Below are positions 24,301-35,621 of a DNA stretch of 64,000 bases, in pieces. The notes below the pieces were generated by a model. It ran no database searches, was not told where the DNA came from, and saw only the letters and a list, made by a program, of their open reading frames with translations. Position 1 is the stretch's first letter; each line of letters begins with the position of its first letter. Source of the DNA: Paraphysomonas bandaiensis (lineage: Eukaryota; Protista; Chrysophyceae). Position numbers and translations under genes: made by a program. The stretch spans positions 1 through 64,000 of the forward strand of contig CBFFRP010000078.1 of the NCBI GenBank assembly GCA_965644295.1, in the 5' to 3' direction.

Positions 24301-25697
24301 GTCGCCCAGTCGCGCATGTCGGCCACATACATCTTGTTCTTTCGATAGAAAGTCAAATCACTGTCAGGTAAGTGCACAGTGAAAGACTCTCCCTGCCTAT
24401 ATGTCACTTCATATATGTCTTCTACGTCCGCCTGACATAGTACGCTTGCCCTTAGCTCATCTGCTGTCTTACAGGTGAAGAATTGGTCTAGCTCGCCTAC
24501 ATTCGGTAGTTCCAGTGCGTGTCCCGATAATCCCGCCACGGTGCATCCTCTGGACGCCGGTCTTACATTGTTCAGTAGTCTTGGGTGTACTACCGAGACA
24601 TCCGCCTGATTGTCGAGTAATACTTCGTACCATTGGAATGGCTCGCTTCCTGACGTGAAGGCGTTCAACATTGTTGTCGTGCAGTGCTTGTTTTCTGATT
24701 CTTGGCTACTGTCTGGGCATTCGTTCATTCTGTGGCCTGGCTCACCGCAGCCCCAACATATGAGCTGCCTTTTTTTCTGACCACGTTTGCTGTTGTGCGA
24801 CTTCGTGTCGTTCCCTTGTTGCTGCTCTGGTGTATCATCGCTATCTGCTGATTTCTTGCCTTTGTCAGACTTCGATTTGCTCACGAATGCGGATCCGCCG
24901 CCTGCTCTCGTTGCTCTCTTCGGCGTTAGATATTTTGATGCTTTAGTATATATTTCATTTACGTGCGTAGGTGCTGCTTGCGTTCCCATTGTTAGATCGT
25001 TGAGATAGCTAGTTTTGAAATCGCCATATCTCATGTCGTCCAGCCCTTCGAAGAAATCCATCGCGATGTCTTCTTCATTCATTTCCGCGTTGTTCATGTC
25101 TTTGTAGGCTTCTAATAGATGATCAAACCTCTCCTTATAAGTAACTATACTCTCATATGCTCCCTGTTTAGCGTCTTTGTACCTTTTCCTCGCTTCTGCT
25201 CGTACCACTGTACTTACGCTGGAGTTAGTGGATACTTTGTGGGTTTGTTTGATAGCCAGCCATAGTAGTAGAGGATCCTTAGTCCTGTTCATGAGCTCGT
25301 ATTCATCTAATAGCTTGACTGCATCCATTGATTCGTGGCTCAGATGGTCTACCATGAATGAGTAGAATGCCGATCTATCGTTCCGCATCTTGTCTATTAA
25401 TCTCCCTCTGGTCTTGGTCTTGTCCTTCATCAGGTCGAGGTTAACTCCATAGGGGTCGTCTTCCAAATCAAAATCCTCTGGGTTTATCGCATCGGGCTCA
25501 TAATATTTGTCCAGCTCTACTAGGCGTGCAAGATCACCGTACTTTTGCATGCCCACCACTACAAGCCTCTGTTTGAATGTGGCGAAGTTCGAGTTGGCAC
25601 CGTATCTTAAAGTCGGTACATGTTCTGGTCTATCGGTGCTCGGTTTCTTGCCGAATCTTGCAAATCTTGTTGGCTTGTCGTTCGTTGTCTTCTTCAT
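21312..25697 (-). CDS. Copia Gag-Pol polyprotein (1461 aa)
   Basis: Zn knuckle CWGCGEPGHRMNEC; protease LLDNQAD; integrase YTD...LDPQ...HLDKID; RT KARLVA, DIGGAYL, ALYG, HVDD; RNase H IDASF, ESE, QDN, ADVLTK. Confidence 0.97.
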   Translation of the reverse strand: MKKTTNDKPTRFARFGKKPSTDRPEHVPTLRYGANSNFATFKQRLVVVGMQKYGDLARLVELDKYYEPDAINPEDFDLEDDPYGVNLDLMKDKTKTRGRLIDKMRNDRSAFYSFMVDHLSHESMDAVKLLDEYELMNRTKDPLLLWLAIKQTHKVSTNSSVSTVVRAEARKRYKDAKQGAYESIVTYKERFDHLLEAYKDMNNAEMNEEDIAMDFFEGLDDMRYGDFKTSYLNDLTMGTQAAPTHVNEIYTKASKYLTPKRATRAGGGSAFVSKSKSDKGKKSADSDDTPEQQQGNDTKSHNSKRGQKKRQLICWGCGEPGHRMNECPDSSQESENKHCTTTMLNAFTSGSEPFQWYEVLLDNQADVSVVHPRLLNNVRPASRGCTVAGLSGHALELPNVGELDQFFTCKTADELRASVLCQADVEDIYEVTYRQGESFTVHLPDSDLTFYRKNKMYVADMRDWATAKVNVTTVAEREAQYSKVEVARAREARDLIRNSGFDSERDAVQLVSDGNVTGVRLTPSDIRRAFDIYGRPFEAVRGKQTNKKVSRQYADPELKAEQQKEQRLYTDIFSVRQQSFMLTLAEPLGLTIVTSLENETTDQLGLALQEQVNLLRSYGYIPTVTYLDPQPGFKALRGKITGMEIDVAGAGDHLDKIDAKIRRLKETIRSVHSGLPWNLPDANVRDLVRYANSRMNLRRPSTNGTTVAPRVALTGRKPNYKKELSLAFGDYVECYDPKVKSNNAEQARTEPCIALYPSGNANGSWIFLNLKTNKYVSRTNWVKMVTTQIVIDAVNRISSLHNKSHSPVTTSENESREIEDTTPPAENDEIDKPKEPHEEGQMTAVDTDEGHGHTEERERTKITELVDDDGDRADGPSEQEPGAATPNDIDDPEITGVETAGMTHNTSEVLSSSSSAGARIAAGTRRKPVMYRAYHTSVTKGLKEHGKEAYLAIVRELKQLLHEKKAIVPVHRSDLSKTQLKRTIRSLMFLKTKYDGLGRFEKIKARLVANGAQQDRKLYPDTSSPTVDIQSVFACLAIAAREGRHVSTIDIGGAYLNAEMSGEEVIMELEPMLATILRKLDPTIQPYVDERGKILVRLDKALYGCVQSAKLWYNTIRAYLESIGFVANPVDQCVLNRTVNGKQCTITLHVDDLLVLSQDKRDTEWLVEQLKKQYGEVKYCDDKDMSYLGMHVSMIDDRAVVSMRAYLDGVLEEAAVTGRAASPATSSLFAEGAGQKLGRKEAANFHSVVAKLLYLSIRVRPDILLSIAYLTTRVKGPTIGDQQKLNRVLKYLAHTRDQDLQLKIGEQLRVRSFIDASFATHEDGKGHTGVVVQLGGATVLCRSTKQRIVTKDSTESELVGLSDMMSNAMRLHEFVCGQGYALDPPVIYQDNLSNLSLVTKGGGKYRSKYLRVRQALVEEHHDRGDVKLQYLPTGEMLADVLTKPLQGKLFRHLICLIVGNE

Positions 25698-25709
25698 AAT
25701 TTCCTCTTA

Positions 25710-25996
25710 CGCAGAGAAAAATACGGTACTCGGTCGAATGTTACGGATGTTACAAATCAATAAACGGACGGAATACCCCCGTTGCTTTCACACAGTCTAC
25801 ACTACAGGTAGTCAAAGCAAGGTTCTCTTTATAGTTACTACAGAACTTCTCAGTAAGAGGAAATTATGCCTCTATTCTACAGCCGTACACTACACACTGC
25901 ATAATATAACACCATACACCTCTATGTGCCCTATGCATATCTTATACAGTCACTTCAAGTACTAAACTGAAAAGAACATCCTCTCATTCCTCTACG
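25710..25996 (-). repeat. 5' LTR
   Basis: Direct repeat of 21009-21295, ending 12 nt before the ATG. Confidence 0.95.
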
Positions 25997-26654
25997 TATG
26001 TATGTATGTATGTATGTATGTATGTATGTATGTATGTATGTATGTATGTATGTATGTATGTATGTATGTATGTATGTATGTATGTATGTATGTATGTATG
26101 TATGTATGTATGTATGTATGTATGTATGTATGTATGTATGTATGTATGTATGTATGTATGTATGTATGTATGTATGTATGTATGTATGTATGTATGTATG
26201 TATGTATGTATGTATGTATGTATGTATGTATGTATGTATGTATGTATGTATGTATGTATGTATGTATGTATGTATGTATGTATGTATGTATGTATGTATG
26301 TATGTATGTATGTATGTATGTATGTATGTATGTATGTATGTATGTATGTATGTATGTATGTATGTATGTATGTATGTATGTATGTATGTATGTATGTATG
26401 TATGTATGTATGTATGTATGTATGTATGTATGTATGTATGTATGTATGTATGTATGTATGTATGTATGTATGTATGTATGTATGTATGTATGTATGTATG
26501 TATGTATGTATGTATGTATGTATGTATGTATGTATGTATGTATGTATGTATGTATGTATGTATGTATGTATGTATGTATGTATGTATGTATGTATGTATG
26601 TATGTATGTATGTATGTATGTATGTATGTATGTATGTATGTATGTATGTATGTA
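25997..26654. repeat. Pure (TATG)n microsatellite
   Basis: Directly visible. Confidence 0.99.
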
Positions 26655-26689
26655 TTCTTGCGTTATTTATGGTGACCTCTGAATGATGC

Positions 26690-26822
26690 GGGTGGTTGTG
26701 CATATCGATTTCATTGAAAAGTCATCGTTTTTCATTAAAAAGTCACTTTTTCACTTTTCACTGAAAAAACGATGACTTTTCAATGAAATAAACAATGAAC
26801 AAATCGATATACACAACCACCC
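26690..26822. mobile_element. Small hairpin MITE with GGG termini
   Basis: gggtggttgtg..atcgatttcattgaaaagtcatcgttttt is inverted at aaaaacgatgacttttcaatgaaat..atcgat..cacaaccaccc. Confidence 0.75.
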
Positions 26823-27335
26823 CCTGTAGGCACATGCGATACAGGCGCGGTCTACGAAAAGAGGTGTGGATGTCATTGGCATACCGCATAGGTGTATGCG
26901 ACTTGTTTTGTTTCTATTAATTCCAGTGTGGTGTATATTTCAAAAGTATTTTGGGTACCGGGCAAAGGTTTTGGAATTGAATCCCCATATATTGCGGGGT
27001 AGGGCACAGACGAGTGGTAGTATTCTTCGTATGATGCGACACGAAAGATTGCCAGACGATACGAATGAATTCGTAGTGAACAGTCTGTATGACGAGGTAG
27101 GCGGCCGCCATATAGAATGAATTATATGATTGCTTTATATATATGAGACTCGTATGCTGTAGAGGTGAAGTGAGGCTGTTATGAATGATTCGTGGCACTT
27201 TATAGTGCTGTCCAGTTCTAAAATAATACGAACTGCCATTATATGGTGTAGATCACTGTCCATTGTTATGAAGCTATTTAATATATTAGTGTTATGTAAA
27301 ATGATAGTATATACTGCCTAATATGACGCCTTATC

Positions 27336-30300
27336 ATGCAGTGGGATAATATTGAGATTATGGAAAAAGCCCAGGGTCCGCATAGTCTCGTTGTGCCGAC
27401 CAGCAGAGCCCCTGAGGACAAGGCGGTGAAAGTAATCAGTGGCAGGAGAAATAGCGATCCATTTTTTAATAACAAAACAACTCCGGAGTCTCTTGATTTC
27501 CAGGAGTGTGAGAGTATGATGTATCGCAAGGTCAGCCTCATCGCACATCGTTCCTTCACATCTAATGTTTTTTCTAGCATGAGACAAGAAGGTTTTTTCA
27601 AGACCGTGGCCACTTCTGGACCAAGTCTCGCTTAGTAACGCTCTGGAAGTGGATTTACTGCATCATTGTTGCATTTGTTGTTGGTTGTTTTGGCTGTTTC
27701 ATCACCACCCTTATAGATGCACTCCTTGCTTGGAAGTTTTCTACAGGTGCACCGAAAGTGCATGCAATATATGTTGTGATTTAGGTACTTGTAGCTGTGG
27801 CCAGGATAGAAGAGGGTAACTGGGCAGCTGCATTTTTTGCCTATCAGTTCATGAGCCTGTTCTTCATATCTGTGGCGGGAACGCTCTGCTACTTCCAGCC
27901 CATCGCAATAGGTTGTATTTATATCTCGATTCTAATGTAGTGATGGGCGGGTGTATTGCAGGTGGAGGTATCCCCGAGATTAAAGCGTTTTTGAATGGTG
28001 TGAATCTAAGTCAGTTCGTCAATATTCGCTTGCTAGTTGCCAAAACACTTGGTTTGTGTTTTGCTATAGGTGCTGGTCTTCCAATTGGGAAGAAAGGGCC
28101 TATTATCCAGATTGGGTCAATACTAGGTGCTGTTATATCGCAGGGGAAGAATAAAGCATTCGGAATGGATTTGTCCTGGACCAAGTTTCAAGAGTTCAGG
28201 AATGACTACACGAAGAGAGACTTTGTCACTTATGGGACCGCTGCTGGTGTAGCTGCTGGATTTAGAGCTCCGATTGGTAGGCTTCTGTGCAGTCCGTATT
28301 TCGAGCTACATAGAACTTAGCGTGTTTGTTCTACAGGTGGTGTGTTGTTTGCGCTAGAGGAGGGTGCTTCATTCTGGTCTACATCACTTACATTTCGGAC
28401 ATTTGTGTGCGCTACAGTCACTATGATGACAGTGAGTTTCATATTCGATTCTCATGGGTTTGGATTTCAACGGACTTCAGAGATGTTTGTATTTGGTCAA
28501 TTCAAGGACCTCCACGACGGGAAGACTAACTTCCGGTCTTATGAAATATTTATATTTATCCTCATGGGAGCTACAGGGGGCGTGATAGGTGCTCTTTTCA
28601 ACGTTATCCATATTCGAGTCGCCAAGTACTATGGATCTCATATGGCCACTCCAAAGTTAAAGTTTGTACGGCTACTAATGTACACCGTAGGCATGGCATG
28701 TATCAGTTTCTTGCTTCCACTTGCATGGCAAAAGTGTACACGACTACCCACCGATGAAGAGACGGTCAACTGGACTGATGATGAGGTGGCACTTCTTGAC
28801 AGTTTAGTTCCATTTCAGTGCGAATCAGGACATTACAATGAGTTGGCATCACTTTATTTCGTTACTGCCAATCAGTGCATTAAGAATCTTTTTCACTTCA
28901 GAGAATACGGCCACAGTACTTTCCCCTCATTCACTGCAGGTCCCCTTATATTATTTTTCTTATCGTACTTTCCGATGACAATGCTTGCGGGTGGTCTCGC
29001 AATTCCAATGGGTTTATTTGTACCATCCCTTGTGGCCGGTGCGGCCTACGGGCGTATTTGGGGCCACGCACTAAATTCAGCTTTCCCCAATAGTTTCGCA
29101 GACTCAGGGACCTATTCACTCATGGGGGCGGCTGCTATCAATGGTGGAGTTACTCGTATAACCTTGGCGATGACTATCATTATGCTTGAGACTGCTGGAA
29201 ATATGACATACCTCCTTCCTCTCATGGTCACCTTCGCAGCAGCGAGGTACACCGGCAAAGTTTTTAACGATGGTATATATGATATTACATTGAAGTCCAA
29301 AGATTTTCCGTTCCTCGACAGTGCATTACACACACTGGGCCTGCTTAACTATAACCCGGTAACGGAGATTATGGCGGCCCCCGTTATTACCCTCTGTGAG
29401 ATCGACAAAGTCAGTCGGGTGTACGAGGTGCTGAAACATACATCACACAACGGGTTTCCCACCATTGATAGATATGGGAGGTACAGGGGACTTATTCTGC
29501 GTAAATACCTGTGTGTACTACTTGAGTTAAGAGCATTTTCCGCTACAATGAATTCGAAAGAAACAGCTCAGAGCTTTACCGAGCACGACCATGAGGACGA
29601 CGGTGTAAGGCTCACCCCTGCTGCGGTTGTGTTTTATGAGACCCTTGAGAAAAAGTACCCAAAGTACCCCAATATTGATGATATCACCTTGGCTCCATCC
29701 GAAATGGTAAGGCAGGCATCGCATCATATGTTCTGCTTACAGCTTGTTTTGTACGTCATGTAGGACATGTACTTGGATATGCGGGCATATATGGATACAT
29801 CTGCCCATATGATTCACGACAGTACATCTGTCGCCCGGTGTCATGAGTAAGTATCACTGCTCAAGTGTAGTGAAGTAAATAATATTTTGCAGTCAATTTC
29901 GTACTATGGGCCTTCGACACCTGGTGGTTATCGACAGCAATCATCATGTGGTGGGAATGGTTACACGTAAGGATATAACTGACAAAGCACTTCGTGCTCA
30001 TTGGGAGGCACAGGTCTGTGATATAGTTATGCGTTGCACAGGCGACATATTTAGTACAGAACTGTTTTCATAGAACTTTTTCGTATATAGAACATGATAT
30101 ATATTATGATGTATTGTACCTGCTTCGTAAGCTCGACAGATAGTGATATCTGTACTGTATCATAGGGAGAACATATGGAGAAGTATGTCAACGTTGAGCC
30201 TTTACCTCCCGCTGTTGTATACGAAAATGATTTGGGCCACACTGACATTGCAGGCCTGCCCACTACTTTCGGACAGAGCCTTGACGACTCAGGATCTTCG

Positions 30301-30552
30301 AAACAAAGCAATGGTTCACATTTTCACCAACAAATGAACATAAAGACTCTAAAAGATCACTCACCGGCTACGGGGCTCAACTTGACGGAAGTCCCACCAG
30401 CCCGACTGGACAAAGTCTTTCCGCGAGACGACATCGAGGAATACTATGATGACGACCTCGTCAGTGAGGAGAATATCACGTTAGATATGCCCTCACCTGT
30501 GGTCTTGGTAGATGATAGAGACGATGATCAGGACGAGGGCGAGGTATATTGA
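27336..30552 (+). CDS. CLC chloride channel/transporter (CLC-6/7-like), multi-exon, two CBS domains
   Basis: [31 protein letters not shown]|[24 protein letters not shown] and FRTMGLRHL. Short GT-AG introns, e.g. 27912-27961. Confidence 0.93.
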
Positions 30553-30941
30553 GCCGTGGTGCTAACACCTGGAGGCTTGCGTGCAGAGATCTCTGCAGTA
30601 AAGTTTGGAAACCGATAGTTTAATTACAAAGCACTTACGTATTTCAGTTGGTAATACTTGTTATGATAATCATTTCCCTGTTGACTTTCAACATTATTTT
30701 AATTGAGTGAGGGCAGTTGACTGCTAAGAATCCACTATCGCATACGAGATGAATAGGGCACGACGTTATATTGTATGTTTAGGAAGTGTAGTACACATAC
30801 ATATTTACGTATTTGCACTCCGGATATCGAGCTACAGGTATCTGTGCATCACCAATATTTTGAAATACGAGGACATTGTCAAGGACCATCACCACAAATT
30901 ATAATGCATACATTCACTTCGGTTTGTTGGGTACTACAGTA

Positions 30942-32590
30942 TATTGAATGTCTGATTATTTAGCAATAGGCGTTGAAAGCCTGCACCAATTAGTGGCTAG
31001 AAGAATGCTAGTCATACTAGTTAGACTACTACCCGTAACTAATCAATACAAACTCTTTTATCCTACTATTTAACGCTACAGAAGCTGCTTGTGCGTCGCC
31101 GCAAGCACCAAGGTGCAACCACTTCCGTTCTTAGTGTGTGTTATGAGGCTCGCCATGATCGTGTGTCCTGGGACTCACCGGCGCGTGTGATCTGGAGGTC
31201 TCCTCTTGGGATGAGACTCCACTCGCTATATGATAGATAGCCTTATGTACCTCACGGGGACTGACTTATTAGCCTTATGGCAGTTAGGGGAAACAGTAAT
31301 ATGCCCTTCTGAGATTGGCGATCTGGTGGCCTTCCTTTAGGCATTGTTCCAAGTGGCTCGGAGGTATGTGGATGAAGGTCTTGCAAAAGGTTATGGCCTA
31401 CTGTGAAGAAGCGTCGAAATCGGCTCTTTTGCTGTCTTAGCCAGCGGTAGAGAACACATGCAAGAGGGTGTATAGCTGTACAGGGGTGGGATGTGAGGGT
31501 CATCCGGTGTGTCCAGCTACAGGGAGTCGAGAGGGAGTGTGATGGTGCAAGAGAGGCAACATCTGATTGAGGGGAGTGAGACTGCGCAACAGAACAAGAG
31601 TCACTGAGGTCGAGTACTCTGATAGACCTATGCACGAGATGATCGTGATGATGATGATGGTCTGGAGGAGACACTCGGACGTCCTCAGCTGCTCTTGTTA
31701 GTGTCTGTGTTGGTGCAGGGGGTACAGACTGAGGCATAGAGAGTGTGTGTAAGGAAGATGACGGCAAGGTATCAGAGACGAAGGGAGGGGAGATGGTTTG
31801 TCTGGGGGTTTTCTAGGAGGAGGTAGAGTGTACTGTGTGTGTGTATGACACTGCAGTGGTGTTATGAGTGTGTTGGACAGAGAGAGAGAGCTGGTGATGT
31901 GTCCAGCAGTACAGGTAGACAGGTACATGGACATGGTGATGTGTCCAACAGCAGTAGAGGTATACACGGAATGGTATACATCCTGTAGGACACAGTAGTA
32001 CAGTAGTCGAGTATACCGTATGCGGAATACAGTGTCTATCCAATGAGATGGATGGGCTGTGGGGGTGATAGGTGAACAGGGTGAGGGGGTAGCCTGCTGG
32101 GTGGATGGACCACAGACAAACCATGTTGGGTTGGGCTGGGTTGTCGTCAGGAGACGGCCCTGTTGTGCAGTGGAGAGGTGTCGAGAGGAGACAGGGGTTG
32201 CAGAGAAGGTACATGGGGGCCGTTTGCGTGGATCTGCTCGCACGAGCCATGCTGTAAGTGGTTGTATCCGTAGAGAACCGTGTAGGAGACGAAGGTGTCT
32301 CCTTAGGTGATAGCATATGCATGCGGTCAGCGCTGCATTGGTGCAGGCACGTTGTTTAACTGAAGTAGTTGAGTAGGGTGAAGGTTGCAAGGCCAGGCAG
32401 GGGGACTTGGAGCGTGTACAACATGGTGTGACAGGTAATTTGTCGGAAGCGTGGTGGTCAACAAAATGCAGCAGTAAGGGAGTGTAAAAGGCCCTGGGCA
32501 CACTGATGTGACTCAGCCACGGTCTCAATAGAGACATTGGGCTTGGAGCTGGTTAATAGGGTGAAACTTTATGTTGGACTGTATTTGCCA
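30942..32590 (-). mobile_element. Non-autonomous/chimeric non-LTR retroelement copy, sister of 1-1537
   Basis: Shares the 5' block and 3' module with 1-1537 but has a different middle. Two RPPD motifs. The 5' boundary is approximate. Confidence 0.75.
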
Positions 32591-32727
32591 TCGTAGGGCA
32601 GAGAATTATGGTACTACAGTTCTACAGTTGTCAGAAACAGTAAAATATCAAATCTAATGATAATATTATACAATGATATAGTTCAGACTGAAATATACTG
32701 ACTGCTATTTAAGACAGGGCCTGGTAA

Positions 32728-35426
32728 CAGGCTTGCGTAACCATTAATGGCCATTAATGGCGACGCATTGCTTCCCCCATTTTTATGGCCATTAATTTTA
32801 AAAATCCCACCATTTTTATGGCCATTAATGGACCATTTATGGTTTGATTACTATTGCTTTATTGCTTTTTAGAAAGAAGTAAATGGAAAGTGCTAATAAT
32901 TAGACTAAGTACTAGCTATTTAACAGCAATGATGAGCAGTTCGTTCCCATGTTACAGTCAGGTCAGATAGTTAATACGCACAATAGTCTTAAACATCATC
33001 AGCAACTATAATATCATCAATGGTAACTTCGTTCCATAAGAATTTGTTGCAACGCAAAAAGAGTAGCAGCTCCAAACGTTGGGGTTCCATTAGCTTGCGC
33101 TGGTCTCTCATAATAAGTTTTGCTCTGCTAAATAATCGCTCAACAATATTGGAAGTCGTCACCAACAAATGATTCATGGAGCGATATTTAGTGGCTCTCC
33201 TGCTGTTCTTTGCCTTTTTTGCCACAGCTTCTCTCACTATATCCACAGCAAATCCTCCTGTTTCCCCCGTTTCATCATCGCCACTGCTATCGTCATCCTT
33301 ATGAGCCGCAAGGAGATAGCCCTTAACGGTTTTAGATTCTGCAACAGTCAGAGTATTCTCCAGTTGGCTTTGGATCTTCACAACAGCTCTCTCGAATAAT
33401 GGGTCAGTTGTAATGGTAGCATTAGCACCAAGATACTGTTCCATATCTGGAAAGTTTTCAATAAGTTTGTCGAACATGCTACGCACAAATTAATGATCTA
33501 CAGACGATTTCTGCAGCATCAATGCGACTTCGTTGCACTTAGCAAGAAGGTCTGATGTTACTTGCGCGATCCGTCGGTGCTGTGGTACAGAAGGTAGCAA
33601 GTCAGTAACATCGTCATTAAAGTTATCACAAGTCAACACAGGAGAAAGTAACAAATACCGCTTCCATGAATGATGGACAGAGTTCCAGCGTGTGTCATTC
33701 CTAAGACAAGCAGCATAACCAGATACTTTTCGTAACCTTGATGAATTCTTCAAGGTTCGTAGTTTTTTCATAAGATTTTGCACTACGTCTAGCAAATCAT
33801 CTTCACCTTCATAAAGTTTGGAAACTGCAAGGTTTGATTTGTGAGATGCGCAACCCAGTAAAGGCACTCGGAGCAATCGTGCCAATTTTCTGTTGACGCT
33901 ACAGTTATCACCAGCCACGAATTCAATGTTATCAAAATTGCGACCAACAAGATTTAATTCGTCGAAAATGTAATCTCCTATAGGCTCAGTCAGCTGTAAA
34001 GTCAATATCTTCATCATTATCGTCATCGTCCACCTCATCCTGTGGACCACAACACAACAATACAGTTGTTACATTGCCTTTACCATCTGACCATGTTGCA
34101 AAAATTGCTATGTAGTGCTCGGTTCCGCAAGTCCAACCATCGAAAATAAGACCGAAAGAATTGGGGATGATGTGTTTTATTGCATTCTCCACAGACAACT
34201 CAAGTTTTTTAAGATACTTCATCAGAGTTGTACGTGAAATCGACTCCAAATTAGTGTTCTTTCGAGTGAAAGAATTCTCCACAAAGGAAAAAGGCTGGTC
34301 ACCCATAATTACCCACTCTAACCATTTGTGAATATTGATGGCTTTCCTTGTCACTGTCCTCTCCATATAGCTAGATATGGTCCCCCCCTTTGTCTTTTGC
34401 TGTTCCAAAGCACTCTCCAAAGCCTGTTCCCAGCCTTCTGAATGTCTACCTTTGACATGGGCAATGCAACTTGTGTAGTTTCTTTGAACCTGCGCCGCAC
34501 AATTTGCACATGATGTGCAGGCATGGATCTCATCTTTCTCGAAAAAGGCTTTGTAAATTTTGTAGGGCCGTCGTATAACTTGCTCATTTATTAATATGGT
34601 GCATTGAACAGAACATTTATGGTAATCCTGCTGCGTATCGCATTTCTTAAATCTATATAATAATGGGTGGTTTTACTATTACTGCTGTCCACAAGTGACA
34701 GTTTAAAATATGGAATATTATTGTTTTTTCTCTTTTTTGAGTTTTTTAAGTCAAAAATCAGGGGAAAAAAATGGGAACATAAGCAAGAGATGGATGAAGT
34801 TGCAGATCAACATGACTGAGAACTCTGAGCAAATGGCGATTTAATAAGTATTAAAAATGCAATATTTGTTCATTACATTATATATGCGTTGCCACCTACA
34901 CATTGCAAATATGATCGAGCCACTCGTGTTGTAATTTCTTCTCGTTTAAATTAGGGTTTAAACGTCTCCGTTTATTGCTTATTCACTATATACTCACAGT
35001 CTTTACATATCTTTACCTTTTTGTATTATAATATATTGCATAAAGTTCTTATTGCTTATGCTGACAATAAGTGGCTGGGCTGTGAATTTAAAACTAGAAA
35101 AGAAGGTGGTACAATCAATTCATGTTAACATTCACAACATGTGATTGTGCTGTTATCACATCAATAGAATTTATATGAATTCTTAAAACAGATTGTTTAA
35201 ATGACTTAAATAGGTATATAATATATTAATAACTAATAATGCACCGGAAGGTCGTGGCTTGTCACGTATTCTCACATGATGATGCTGACAACTGGATACT
35301 AACTAATGGATATTGCCATTAATGACCATTAATGGGCACTACATCTCTCCTCCATTTTTATGGCCATTAATGAATTGCTTTTTTTCCATTTTATGGGGGA
35401 AGGCCATTAAAGGTTACGCAAGCCTG
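32728..35426 (-). mobile_element. hAT DNA transposon with TIRs and 8-bp TSD CCTGGTAA
   Basis: TIRs caggcttgcgtaacc / ggttacgcaagcctg. TSD at 32720-32727 and 35427-35434. Subterminal ccattaatgg repeats. Confidence 0.92.
32989..34587 (-). pseudogene. hAT transposase with frameshifts and a stop
   Basis: Motifs QPFSFVEN, FDGWT, GDNCSVN, GCASHK, DTRWNS and TSNIVERLFS, split over four ORFs. Confidence 0.9.
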
Positions 35427-35621
35427 CCTGGTAACCATTATTGGTCCATTAATGGTAGTCCAGTTCCCGGGCAATGGGTGACTACCTAAACTACATAATT
35501 ACATAAATCTGCATAAAACGACTGCATGTAAACGCGTGAATTTATGTAGATTTATGTTTCTTATAGGAGACCCCTCCGGACCCCGACAAACTATCCTAAA
35601 TTCATAACACTCGGTATAAAC

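Larger units (their letters stand above)
21009..25996 (-). mobile_element. Full-length, apparently intact Ty1/Copia LTR retrotransposon (CoDi-like)
   Basis: Two apparently identical 287-bp LTRs enclosing a single uninterrupted gag-pol ORF in the order PR-IN-RT-RH. Confidence 0.97.

Noticed and set aside
21717-25365. Short + strand ORFs within the Copia, and antisense ORFs over other genes
   Set aside because: Shadow ORFs of real coding sequence with no independent motifs.
19446-26703. Long MYVC/HTYI ORFs
   Set aside because: They are translations of the TATG microsatellite, not genes.
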